From Eledone cirrhosa (lineage: Eukaryota): a stretch of 64,000 bases of DNA. This document shows positions 28,101 through 41,592 of this stretch, piece after piece. The stretch is taken from contig OZ024743.1 of the NCBI GenBank assembly GCA_964016885.1, positions 373,922,001 through 373,986,000 on the forward strand, read 5' to 3'. Both the position numbers and the translations under genes were made by a program. The notes beneath the pieces are model-generated. The model saw nothing but the letters and a program-made list of their open reading frames with translations. It did no database searches and was not told the origin of the DNA. The stretch's first letter is position 1; each line of letters starts with the position of its first letter.

Positions 28101-29501
28101 GAACACTCCAAGAGAAACACAACAATAAGGACGTGCTTGTAAACGCGCATTATTTCGAATATTTATTTTAACTACATAAATTTACATGAATCGCATCTCT
28201 TTCTCTCTCTCACTCACTCCCTCATCGTTTCTCCCACTCTCTGTTTCTCTCTCTCCCTTCCTATCTCTTTCTATCTTAATCGACTATGCTGCTCCATTGA
28301 GAACGATCGTGTGCGAACACTGACAGGCGTCTCCTATTTCTGAAATGATGAAGAGCTGAGCAACGTGTTAGCATTTCCTTCTCACAGAGAAAAAGAAAAA
28401 AACTAACAAACTCATGCCAACTTCAAAGAACTGATGTAAAAACGATAAAAAAAGGACTCAAACCGCCTCACCCTACTATATTCATTTTTCCAATTCAAAG
28501 CTCATACTCCAGAAGATGAATATATTCTGTTATCTCTGGAGTTTTATTTTCCATTCTTCCACTTCAAAGTGAATATAATTGATATACTATATTATATACA
28601 TATCCCTCCCACACATTTTCACTAACTGCTTCTCAGAAGAAATCAATCAGTCAGATTACCAATACATTCTCTTACTCAGTTTCAGGCCAGTCTAAATCAC
28701 GAATCCCTTCTTTTCACTTTATCGATTACTAGAAGAATGTTTCAACAATCTTTATAAATCTCTAACTGCATTCACAACGACATCCGAAGTCACCCAGAAA
28801 CCAAGTTTTATCGACTGTACTGTAAATCTCATTTAAATCTTTACATTCCAAAGAAAAGATGATTTTTAAAATTATTTAGCCAGGGAGGGAAAGACAATAC
28901 TCATGACCCTAACCAAGTTTTATCGACTGTACTGTAAATATCACTTAAAAGCTCCCCTTTCTCCCCTACAAAACCGCTCATGACCCTTAACTAGGCTTTA
29001 TTGATCATGTTGTATATCTCACTGTAAATCTCCAAGGGATTTGTTTTCTGTTTAATGCTTTATTAAAGGGAGAAGGACAACACCATGACCCTTTTCAGAA
29101 CAACCGAGATTGGTAAGAAACAATGAGGAAGAATGGTTAAGAAGTTCGCTTCGCAACTATTTGGTCTCGGGTTCGATTCCACTGCCTCGCATCTTGGGAA
29201 AGTGTCATACACACAGTCACGAGTTGACGCATATCTTGCGGAAACTGATCGGAAGTACGTCAAATGGACTGAACCTGTAATTGAAAGAGCCAACGGAATT
29301 TTCCTGGGAATTACGTTCTGGGATCATGTGTGGCCGTGAAGGAATGTTCAGCCACTTTCACGTTAATTTGAGAGTTGAGTGTTCCGTTGATCGAACACCT
29401 GTAACACTCATAATCGAAACCGACGGAGGCCGAGTTAGTAACAGCGTTGGATCTTCTAGCTCACATGGTATAGTCAGAGGTTCAATCCCTAGCAGCAATT
29501 G

Positions 29502-29557
<56 letters not shown>

Positions 29558-29732
29558 AATTACTGACGGATGTGAAAATGAGTATTCAATACCAAAGTAG
29601 AGTTTAAATATTCTTTATTGAGGCTAAGTGGTGAAACTCCAGAGCAACAAGATTCACAACTTAGCCAGAGTAAAAATAATATATATAGCATACACACACA
29701 TATATTTATGTGAGTGTGTGTGTGTATGGAAA

Positions 29733-29792
<60 letters not shown>

Positions 29793-29797
<5 letters not shown>

Positions 29798-29892
29798 TAA
29801 CATATTAAACTTTAAGCAAAGAATCGCTGCTTTCACCCTTAACGGGATCTTTAAGGGTGAAAGCAGCGATTCTTTGCTTAAACTTTAATCTG

Positions 29893-29900
<8 letters not shown>
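29793..29900. mobile_element. ~108-bp palindromic mini-element in (TA)n
   Basis: ~50-bp inverted arms around cgggatct; minus strand reads aaga-uccc guuaa gggu-GAAA, like a hammerhead cut within its core. Confidence 0.7.
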
Positions 29901-29940
<40 letters not shown>

Positions 29941-29946
<6 letters not shown>

Positions 29947-31178
29947 ATACTTTGGGAGGGTCATGTTGCCAATAAGAAACACACGCACCAGTTGCTTTCA
30001 CTTCAATTTATTATATATGGGAGAGGGTGGTAGATAATGACATAAATGGGACCTGCCCCTTGTATAGGAGCAAATTTTGGAATAGAGTAGAAAGAACTGG
30101 GAGCAGGGCCGGTGGAATAAACTCATGGTGTGATGGCAGTAGATACCAGAGTGTAATGTTCATCGATACGGCCCCTGGAGGCGAACTAGCCTACAAATTT
30201 AGAAGGGCCCTGAATAAACATAAACTCAATATTAGGATAGTGGGGGGGGGGGGCAGGTGCCTCCGTGGAGGCACTTATTGGCAAGACGTGCCCGTTCCAG
30301 GGACCCTCATGTGTAGATAGGAAATGTATAGCCTGTAAAATAGGCCCCCATATTGGCTGTAAGGCTGGAGATGTAGTATGTGGCATGGGATGTACTGAGG
30401 GACAATGTAGAGGCAAAGGTGTAGTGTACATGGGTGAGACGGCTCGTAGTGTGGGGGAACGGATGGGTGGGCACTGGCGGGACCTTCAGGATAATAGGGA
30501 GTCATCTGTGCTCTGCCAGCATGCTAAGATAGAGCGCAGGGGTAAATTAGAGAACATAGAAATAGAGATAGAATCTACACGCAGAGAGGATGCGGTGTTT
30601 GGACGGGTTGCAGAGGCAATAGGCATAGAGGAATTGCAGCCAAGATTGAATGGAAGGTGTGGGTGGAGCAGCGGCATCGCAGCTTGCGGTTAGGGACAGG
30701 GTGGGGGCGCGCACACACATGGAGCGGGCAACCGACCAATGACATGTAGATAAATAGACGAATGGATGAATGAACACGGACACACGCAGACACCCGGATG
30801 TGGCGCGTGCTGCGCAGACTGGGCGCACAGCGCACACACGGAGGCAGAGTGGCGTTGGACGGAGGGAAGGGGGGGGGGCAGAGGCAGGGAAAGGGGTCCC
30901 CGGTCACGGGGGGGGGGGGTCGCAGAGTGTGTGACGAAAGGACTATGACTATATATAAACAACTGTCTGGTTGTGGAACCGGCCAGCCAACCAGAAATTT
31001 ATAGATTTGTAGATTTGTAAATTTATAAATTTATAAATATATAATAAATTGAAGTGAAAGCAACTGGTGCGTGTGTTTCTTATTGGCATTGGCAACATGA
31101 CCCTCCCAAAGTATAACAATATCGGTTTCAACACACGATTTCAGATAAAGAATCTTGCTAAACAAATTCAGAAACGAA
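29941..31178 (+). mobile_element. Family P PLE copy 2: inverted pLTR stub + GIY-YIG 3' end + pLTR, A->G hypermutated
   Basis: 29941-30018 is the inverse of ~31040-31120; the 3' part matches family P copies at 12.7 and 63.4 kb; (TA)n flanks. Confidence 0.9.
30020..30693 (+). pseudogene. PLE C-terminus: thumb/linker, Cys cluster and GIY-YIG endonuclease
   Basis: SVMFIDTAPGGELA; CIAC; VVC..C..C....YMGETARS..ERM..H...S.L..H; EAI.I....P.LN; frameshift in the G-run near 30242-30253. Confidence 0.85.
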
Positions 31179-31180
31179 AT

Positions 31181-31231
<51 letters not shown>

Positions 31232-31330
31232 AATGGAAGTACAGCATATTCGAAGCCAGAGCCTCAGCTGAGCTGATGAATGTTTTTAGCAGTGCAGCCA
31301 AACACTCGACAAGGTATAGAACCTCAGAGT

Positions 31331-31513
31331 AATAACTGTTTCTACTATTGGCACAAGGCCAGCAAATTAACCAGTACATTACTGGTACTTATTTTATCGA
31401 CCCTGTAAGGATGAAAGGCAAAGTTAACCTCGGCGAGATTTGAACACAGAATGGCAAGAGCCGTAACTCCATGCGTCAAAGCATGGTGTCCGACACTCTA
31501 CCGATACTGCCAA
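31331..31513 (-). mobile_element. SINE family A
   Basis: Reverse complement of the 24165-24343 type. Confidence 0.9.
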
Positions 31514-31662
31514 GTAATAACATACGGTTTAAAGGGCTTTGCAAAATGAAGACAGCGACCGGTAATTCAGCCGGGGTCCGTAGCAACGAAAGAACTGACT
31601 CGTGAGAAAAAAATTAATACACATATACATACATATACATATATATATATACACACACACAT

Positions 31663-31880
<218 letters not shown>

Positions 31881-32125
31881 TATAGTAGAATAATCGAGTA
31901 TCGAAAAATCGGCACACGAGTTCACGATAAACAAAATTCGACATGATTGGCAGAGGGCTCAATAATTCAGATAAATCAGAGCTATAGGTTTACGAGATAT
32001 CGTTTTCGGTTTCTCTAGTTCAAGGTTAGAGTAGTTTATAATGAGGACTGCTTCAGCATACAGTGGTCTTTGACTCAGGCAATGAAACATACGTAAATGC
32101 TAGAAATAAACCCTACTGTATCACA

Positions 32126-32347
<222 letters not shown>

Positions 32348-32608
32348 GCTTGCATATGATTATTAAAGTGTCCTGCAAACAGGACTAATATAAATATGAT
32401 ATATCAGTTGTGGCTACGACAGGATATCCTATACATGTGTGTGATATGGTGTAGTGTAATGTGGTGTGGGGTAGTGTTGTGTTGTGTTGTGTGGTGTGGT
32501 GGATTGTAATATTATTGCTGGCTTATATGATACGATATCATTCCGTTTTAGTTAGCATACATGAGTGCAGACGTACATACATACAGAAATATATACAAAT
32601 AGATACAT

Positions 32609-32684
<76 letters not shown>

Positions 32685-32691
32685 TCACAGG

Positions 32692-32727
<36 letters not shown>

Positions 32728-33144
32728 CACATATATACCCCCCCGCACACACATATATACCCCCTCCCCCAAACATATATTTACACACACACGCACAAAA
32801 ACACAGAGTCTACTGATGCTATAACATCTTAATCTAGGCAAAGACCAGATGTCACAGAGATTGCCTCTTTTGAATTATTCATAAAGATTATGCATACATA
32901 CGTACACACACATACACATACGTACACACACACACATACACACACACAGATACACCCACAAACAAATATATGTATATACACACGCACACACAAATCCAAT
33001 CCAAGATACCCTCTGTTAATATTGATTGTTCTGTGCTTCATACCAATACACACACACACACACACACGCACACACGCACACGCACACACACACATATATA
33101 TATGTGTATATATGTGTATATATGTGTGTGCATATATATGTGTG

Positions 33145-33203
<59 letters not shown>

Positions 33204-33221
33204 GTATATGCATATATATAC

Positions 33222-33259
<38 letters not shown>

Positions 33260-33351
33260 GCATATATATACATATAAATATATATATATATACGTGTATA
33301 TATATATATGATATATATATATATATGATATATATGATATATATATATATA

Positions 33352-34290
33352 CTAGCTAAACTACCCGTCCTTAGGACGGTTCAAGTAGCTTTCGATGTAG
33401 CTCATGAAACTAAACAATGTAAATTTGAATACATAGAAGAAAAACGTACTTTATGTAAACGTGAAAACCTTAGGCACTATTCCAGCGAAATAATTAATAT
33501 GTGAGCTCGGTGTCATCCGTTATACCATGTAACAACAGAAATCCAGTCTAGACAACAATAAAAGCGCATCATGAAATAGAGAAGTGAAGTGAATAATTAT
33601 TTCTACTTTTGGCACAAGGCCAGCAATTATCCCAGTGCATTACTGGTACTTCATTTTATCGACCCCGTAAGGATGAAAGGCAAAGTTAACCTCGGCGGGA
33701 TTTGAACTCAGAATGGCAAGGGCCGTAACTCTATGCGTCAAAGTATGTTGTCCTACCCTCTACTGATACTGCCAATCCACCGCCCCAAGTGAAGTGAATA
33801 AGTGACACTATTATGTACAAAGCATAATATTGTAAAAGTTATGACATCACTTAATGTATGAACATCAAGCTTGAAACGATAAATTATACAATGTCAAATC
33901 TATAACTTAACTTAACTTAGTAATCTGTTAGAAATTGGTGGTTGTGAAGTATACAAAACGATATTGTTAGTCTCAAGGAAGCGTACCTTTTGTTTCAAGT
34001 ACAAAGAGTAAATTAAAATCCGAATAAGCCGAATTGCGAAAGATAACTCTTGTCTTACTTAATCATAAAAATTGACACAAATAACCGAAAATTTTTAATG
34101 TCTCCAAAGAGCCCAATATCGATTTTTGAAAGCCTTTGTAGATCATGTACAAGTTTTGTGCAAGGAGAAGCTCTGTAAAAAATTTCAAAGAAATCGCATG
34201 AATGGTTTAGAATATATGAGCCCTCATTAAAAATTGTCCACACACACATACACACACATGCAGAAAACTTCGTCTTTATATATATACAGA
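33352..34290 (-). mobile_element. Non-autonomous Helitron
   Basis: Minus strand A|TCtgtatatatataaa ... hairpin ccgtcc taa ggacgg ... CTAG|T. Confidence 0.75.
33597..33786 (-). mobile_element. Full-length SINE family A with 15-bp TSD, nested in the Helitron
   Basis: TSD aagtgaagtgaataa at 33582-33596 and 33787-33801. Confidence 0.9.
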
Positions 34291-34311
34291 TATACAGATA
34301 TATGATATATA

Positions 34312-34394
<83 letters not shown>

Positions 34395-34944
34395 TATGAT
34401 TCACAAAACAATCAATTTTAACAGAGGGTATCTTGGATTTGTGTGCGTGTATACACACATACCCCCCCCCCATATATATATATACATAGTTAATAAATGA
34501 AGCAAAACAAACACACACACAGGAAAGCAAAAATAGACAGTTATATTAGGTTATAATACATTGGTGTAAGCAACGTGGCTCATATACTGTTGTCATCTGA
34601 TCGTTCACTGTAACTATACTAACACTAATCCTAATCCTAATTCTAACATTAACTTTCACACTCTCATCTTTTAACACCTTTATCTTCACATAAACGAACA
34701 ATAAAACACACAATGTATACCTTTTTTACTTCTCTTCTTTCGTAATTCACCGAAAGGCGCAATGCGTCGTTATTATCTGTACCTGTTTTATTTTTTTATT
34801 GCGTTCCATTGTGCACTGGAATGGTAGTATTAATTTGATGTACTAAAACTATAATGATTATCAAATGTTGACTGAGGAGAAGGGACTGTCCGTTTTGCCG
34901 TTGTTTTTGTCCTGTGCGCTCCATGATTTGGATTTATAAATACA

Positions 34945-35535
34945 CTAGCCTAATTACCCGCGCTTTGCTGCGTTTCACATATTTCTTTTGTAAGAAAATG
35001 ATGATTGGTTTTAAATCAGTGATATAATTTATGGAGAAAAAATCTGCATTTCAATATTACTCAATGTAAAACGTAATGCATGAATAATTGGAAAACATTA
35101 TTTTTTGTAATATATCCTCGGTAGAGGATCGGATGTCATGCTTTGAAGCATAGAGTTACCTCCCTGTATGATCTGAGTTCAAATCCCGCCGATGTTAACT
35201 TTGCCCTTCATCCTTCCGGGGTCGATAGAATAAATTACCAGTAATGCATTGGGTAATTGCTGGCCTTGTGCCAAAAGTAGAAACAATTATTTTTTGTAAT
35301 ATATCAAATCAAAATTACATTATTAAATCGTATTCTTATTTTGTTTCTTGTAAATAAATTTTTTCAAAATATTAATTCAAAACTTGATCATTTCATTTTT
35401 GTGTAAAGCATTATTTTATTCGGGCTTCCAAAATTTTCACTATAGGGGGTTTAACCCCCATTAGGTTGTCTTAATATTATGGAAATTTGCTGAAAGTTTG
35501 AGAATAGGCATCATATCTTGTCATTTACCTATGGA
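34945..35535 (-). mobile_element. Helitron-like element (3' end at 34945); other boundary uncertain
   Basis: Minus strand cgcagcaaagcgcgggtaattaggCTAGT; contains SINE A at ~35117-35290 with a TSD of about attattttttgtaatatatc. Confidence 0.55.
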
Positions 35536-35940
35536 CATACACTCTCACATATACTGAACAGATACACAGACATACACTCTCACATATACTAAGACAGACA
35601 CCCACAGACATACACTCTCACATATACTAAGACAGACACACAGACATACACTCTCACATATACTAAGACAGACACACACAGATATACACTATCACATATA
35701 CTAAGACAGACACACACAGACATACACTCTCACATATACTAAGACAGACACACACATAGACATATACTCTCACATATACTAAGACAGACACACACAGAGA
35801 TACACTCTCACATATACTAAGACAGACACACACAGACATACACTCTCACATATACTAAGACAGACACACACAGACATACACTCTCACATATACTAAGACA
35901 CACACACACACAGATACACTCACACACATACATACTTAGA
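35535..35940. repeat. ~36-38-bp minisatellite (catatactaagacagacacacacagacatacactctca)
   Basis: About 11 tandem units. Confidence 0.85.
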
Positions 35941-35957
35941 CAGACGCACTCAGACAT

Positions 35958-36040
<83 letters not shown>

Positions 36041-36856
36041 CATACGTACATACATACACACATATTTTCCTAGTTATGTGTGAGGTCGTTGCTGTTTCAT
36101 AACAAGTTGCGGCTTTACATTGCCAGGTTATTAATTACTTTTTGAAGTTGAAGTTAATATTGTGTAAAAGAATAGCTGCTATAAATATATTTCTGGAAAG
36201 AGCTGTGTCCATGGTCTGTGGAGGTTCTCCGTCACCTGTAAGATCGATGTTGTTAATTAAACGTTCAGCATGAATTGTTGCAAGTCGATAACTGCAGGGA
36301 AAAGCATGTGCGGGTGTGAGGTGTGGAGTAGAAGGATTGAGTGTGGTTGTCAGAGCGGATTCTAGTGGGGATTAACCCAATATGGTTGACGAGACGAGAA
36401 AAGGAGAGACGAGTGAGCCACCTCTATTCAAGAGTGATGCCACCTCTATTCAAACGTGATAAAACGTGATAAAACGTGATAAAACGTGCCAGCTCCAGGA
36501 TGCTATTTTAGTAGTGGAAGAATGACCGAGAGATGTCCCATCTGTGGGACATTGAGGCTGGAGTCTGTTAGTGAACGACGTCATGTCAATCAGTTTAATG
36601 ATCTTTCTCTGGAGGAGGGCTGTGGATGTAACAGCAGCACAGGCCCAAATATGAGAGCTCTCGTCCATTTTGGGCATCATCCGAGTTCTATAGAGGGTTC
36701 GTAGTTAAAATCTGGTATATATACTTGTTGTAGGATGGAGCTTGTCCTATGTTGAATATGTGCATTCGTAAAGATCTTCAGTGATTATGAGGCCATCGGA
36801 TTGTCCTCTAAGTATTATTTCATGTGTTTCATATATATATATATATATATATATAT

Positions 36857-37319
36857 TATTATACTTGGGGAGGGTCATATTTGTGTAATAATATTGCCAG
36901 AATTAATAACAGAACACACTCACTGTTTGGTTGATTTTCGCTTCTGTGTCTTTTATATCGGTTAATTTAATTTATTCGGTCCTCAATGTTACCATTGACT
37001 GACAACGGTAAAAAATACAGATACAATATAGACACAAACACATATATATAGTCTATCAAAATTCTTTCGTTGCACATCTGCAACATCGTCAGTGTTGCTA
37101 TTATGTTTCCTCCGTTGCATTGTATGCTTACGCCGTCTTTATTTAGTCTGTTTATTTATTTATTTATTTGTTTTTTTTTGTCTTCTCTGCGCATGCGTTT
37201 GCGTATAGTGTTTTGTTTGATGTGTGTTCTTGTTTGGGTGACTGTGTATTGGTTAATGTATTCTATCTTAGTTTACTAGTGTGTGTTTATATGTGTTTGT
37301 TGTTATTGTGCTTGTGTAT

Positions 37320-37354
<35 letters not shown>

Positions 37355-37662
37355 TACTTCTCTTAGGTCAGTGTTGTTTGTTTGGGTGTTCATTTTTTCT
37401 GTTTAGCCTTGGCTTTCTAAGTTCTATTTCGCTGGCCTCTCTGATTTGCCTATCTGCTGGGTCATTTCTATGTTTAGATATTATTCTAACTTCTATGTTG
37501 TCTATGTTACCGTTGTGTTGTTGTCTGGCATGTTCGTATAGTACTGAACCGTTTCTTTGTCCTTTTAGTTCCCCCCCCCCCCCCCAGTGTTGGTCTATCA
37601 TTTCACCTATGCTACGAGCTTGTCTCGCCTATGTATGACCTCGCAAAACTAATTCATCGCCG
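36857..37662 (-). mobile_element. PLE 3' fragment (GIY-YIG + pLTR) related to family P
   Basis: YIGET/ARSIGE..DQHW...SVLYEHARQQH...DRQIREASEIELRKPRLNRKNE; end atacttgggagggtcat resembles family P; (TA)n flanks. Confidence 0.8.
37055..37096 (-). ncRNA. Minimal type I hammerhead ribozyme
   Basis: AACA-CUGACGA-U-GUUGCA gaug UGCAAC-GAAA-GaaU-UU-UGAU; one stem I mismatch. Confidence 0.65.
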
Positions 37663-38328
37663 TTATATATATATACGTATATGTATATACATATCTATTG
37701 AACAGTGTGTATTTGTTTCAACATCACGAAAGTTCACTGTCAACTACATAGAAACACAGTCACGTGCTTCATTATTTCAAAATGTATCATGACTGCGGCA
37801 AATGCTTTACGGGCATGTACATTTTTATAATTTACTGAAATAAATTGAAGTTCATTTTCTTAATAGAAAACAAATAAAACTGATATTCAAAAAATGTTGA
37901 AGTGATCCGTTGCTGTGTTATGATAATCAATAATCATGGAGGTAATGTTTGAAGTACGGATATGTTTGCCATGGGCTGTATTTGTGAGAATTTGTAGAAT
38001 ATAATAAACCTGAAGACGGCTCTCTACACTTTACGTAATTATCCTTCTCGAAATTATTTTAACAGATTCATTAAACAGGTGAATGAATGGAATTTGCTTT
38101 TTTCTAGATTCTATATTGTTTATTGTCTGGCATATCTTGCTTATCTGGCTTGTCAGATTTGTCTGATGCTCTCAGGTGAATGAGTTCCTTTCTTTTGTAT
38201 TTCAATTCATAGATACCATTATAGAATGTTTTCATCATCCCACTGTTTTACTAGATTTTGTGTAATAGGTGTATTGTCTTTGTTATTAATCTAATGCCAA
38301 AGAATGGCATATATATATATATATATAT

Positions 38329-38361
<33 letters not shown>

Positions 38362-38777
38362 TATATATATGTGTGTATGTATGTGTGTGTGCTTGTGCGC
38401 ACGCGCGCGTGTGTGTATGCGCGTGTGCGTGTATGTGCATATATATATAAAGAATTTATTTCAGTAAATACATATGCATATATAGGTGTATACATATATA
38501 CACACATACATATACACATACATATAAAAAAAAAAGAGTCTAGAGTCTGTCTTAAGCCAGAAGGCTCATTTGGCCGGTGCTTATCCCAGTTTCATGGCGT
38601 GAAGCGACTGAGAGTACAAGACTCCCCTCTGGACAGGACGCCAGTCCATCTCAGGGTTAAACTTCCAGCTATTGCCGATACTCATCTTCAGCTGAGTATA
38701 CTGGGCAATGTGAAATGAAGTGTTTTGCTCAAGAACACAACACATATTTATACACATACATATAAATATATATGTAT

Positions 38778-38830
<53 letters not shown>

Positions 38831-39419
38831 TACACATATATACATATATATATATATATTATCCATACACACTTATGTATATATATATTGTAAGGAGTCA
38901 GGCCCAACTCTTTATAATATAGCCATACTCTACTATCCCAACTATCGATTAGTCTGTTGAGTAATGGTCCAACCGAATATTCAAACTGAATATATCCTGA
39001 TATATATATATACATATATATATCTGTGAAAGGGCAGAGGAATGCAGCAGAATCAACGGTCATACAATAAAGATTTTATTTTTGTAGAGCGAGAGACTCG
39101 GAGTCTTCAACAAAACATCTGTCTATGAGAAGGTCACTCTGATATAAAACCTGCCACTTTGTTTGCATCCAATGATGGAGACCAGTTCTTCTTTTTGAGT
39201 AAATGCATTCGATGTTCAGAGAGTGGGATTGGCTCTGTGCAAAGCCTTTCTTCACTTAAAACAGCTTCAAGCACAGGCATCGCTTGACATGTGACATTTA
39301 TTTCAATGCATGTCGTTGCTGGCCATAGGCAAGTCCCTAGCAGGACTAAAAGTCTACGTCCGTGGTGCTCATGCTTAAGTATCAAGCGATGGCATTACTC
39401 GAAATCGAGTTGCAGCCAT

Positions 39420-39482
<63 letters not shown>

Positions 39483-39585
39483 TCTTAAAGCCTGGTTTAA
39501 TTGGTTTTTGTGTGGTTGATTATGCTAATTGGGAGAGGAAATAGTGTATATATCTTATCAAATGATTCTATGGACATAATTTATA

Positions 39586-39646
<61 letters not shown>

Positions 39647-39728
39647 GCTCCTTACTTAGTCGAGCGCTTACCTGGAACACCATGGAATTGTTCTACAACA
39701 CTTCCTCCCTAAAGGACATACCTATACA

Positions 39729-39843
<115 letters not shown>

Positions 39844-39889
39844 TATATATATATATATATATTTATATATATACGCATATATAGTTATA

Positions 39890-39970
<81 letters not shown>

Positions 39971-40620
39971 GTGAGGTTTTTTTTACAAAATGAAAATTAA
40001 CCGAGGTGTCCTACACGAGTGAAAATATAAGGAAAATAGATGAAATCGAAAATGCAACTGGAGTCTTATTTTTTTAAAAAAATATATATTTATTTGGTTC
40101 CGTTACCGGTTTGGCAGTTCTTCTGCGTTTCAAAAGTAGGATTGAGATGGAGGGTTTGTGGTTTTTCTCACATCTGGTTGGTCTTTGAATGTTACTTCTG
40201 TTTTATATGGAAAAAAGTGGCTCGAAATGCCAGCTTTTTAGAGAAGTGATTTGGTTGGTTGGTGAATAAGTATAATAAATTTCGCGCCAGTTCGCGTTAC
40301 AAAGTTCTTATTATATTTGCCTTCAAACAAACGGAGGAGGAGGGGGGGGGGCTCAGGTTGTTTTTTCATATATGAGTGAAGTTTGGTTGGTTAATGCAGT
40401 CACGTGAATAAGCACATCAGCTTTCGCGCCAGTTTGTGTTTGAATTTCTTTCTACTTAAAAAAAGGTGGCTCACGAAGGCTTTTTAAAAAAAATAAATGT
40501 AATTTGATTGGTTATAAATGAAATTATGACTGTCACGTGAACAAGTACTACATTAAATTTAGCGCCTGTATTTTGGAATTTTTTTATAGCCATTTAGAGA
40601 ATTTTGTGCCAAACAAAAGA

Positions 40621-40727
40621 TAATTGTTTCTACTTTTGGCACAAGGCCAGCAATTAACCAGTACATTACTGGTATTTTATTTTATCGACCCCGTAAGGAT
40701 GAAAGGCAAAGTTGACCTCGGCGGGAT
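40621..40727 (-). mobile_element. SINE family A fragment inserted in the PLE 3' region
   Basis: Interrupts aaaagataat|ggtcaagaa, which is intact in the duplicate at ~40900-40920. Confidence 0.85.
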
Positions 40728-41027
40728 TAATGGTCAAGAAAAACGGATGGAGAGAGTTGTTCTGAGTATGACTGATGTGCTGAAATGTAATTTGATTGGT
40801 TATAAATGAAATTATAACTGTTACGTGAACAAGTACATTAAATTTCGCGCCCGTATTTGGGAATTTATTTTGTAGCCTTTTAGAGAATTTTGTGCTAAAC
40901 AAAAGATAATGGTCAAGAAAAATGGGATGGGGAGAATTGTTCTGGTTCAGTGAATATGGCTGGTGCGCTGGGGTGTCAGAATTCAGACTTTCTATTGAAA
41001 TAAAGAAAGTAGAGATATGTATGTTTA

Positions 41028-41060
<33 letters not shown>

Positions 41061-41592
41061 GAAGATGATTCTATTAGTAAACATGGGGGAGGGAGTTGTA
41101 TATGTGTATGGGTGTTATGTGTGTGTGTGTGTGTGTATGTGTGTGTGGGAGTATGGTTAGCATGTTAAGATGGAGAGAATATATATATTTTGTGTGTGTG
41201 TAGGAAAATAATTCTATTAGTAGAAATGGGGGAGGAAGTTGTGTGTGTGTGGTGTATGGGTGTTATGTGTGTGTGTGTGTGGGGGGTATGTGTGTGTGTG
41301 TGTGTGGGAGTATGGTTAGCATGTTAAGATGGAGAGAATATATATATTAGTGTGTGTGTGTGTGTGTAGGAAAATGATTCCGTTAGTAGAAATGGGGGAA
41401 GGAGTTATGTGTTTGTGTGTGTGTGTGTGTGTGGGGGGGGGGGTTAGCATGTTAAGGTGTTAGAGTATTAACGTATGTTAAGGTTTATTTAGTTCTGGTT
41501 TTTATTTTCTAAAGTAGAAGGTGTTATGTGTGTGTGTGTATGTATGTGTCTATTTGGATGGTTAGCATGTCATGGTGTTGGCATAATGTATA

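Noticed and set aside
30735-30775. SECIS-like AUGA...AAA...GA in the PLE 3' UTR
   Set aside because: Spacing is short and the helix pairs poorly
40090-40130. Possible decayed hammerhead of the Neptune element
   Set aside because: Both core strands are mutated (CAGAAGA, GGAAC); too degenerate to call
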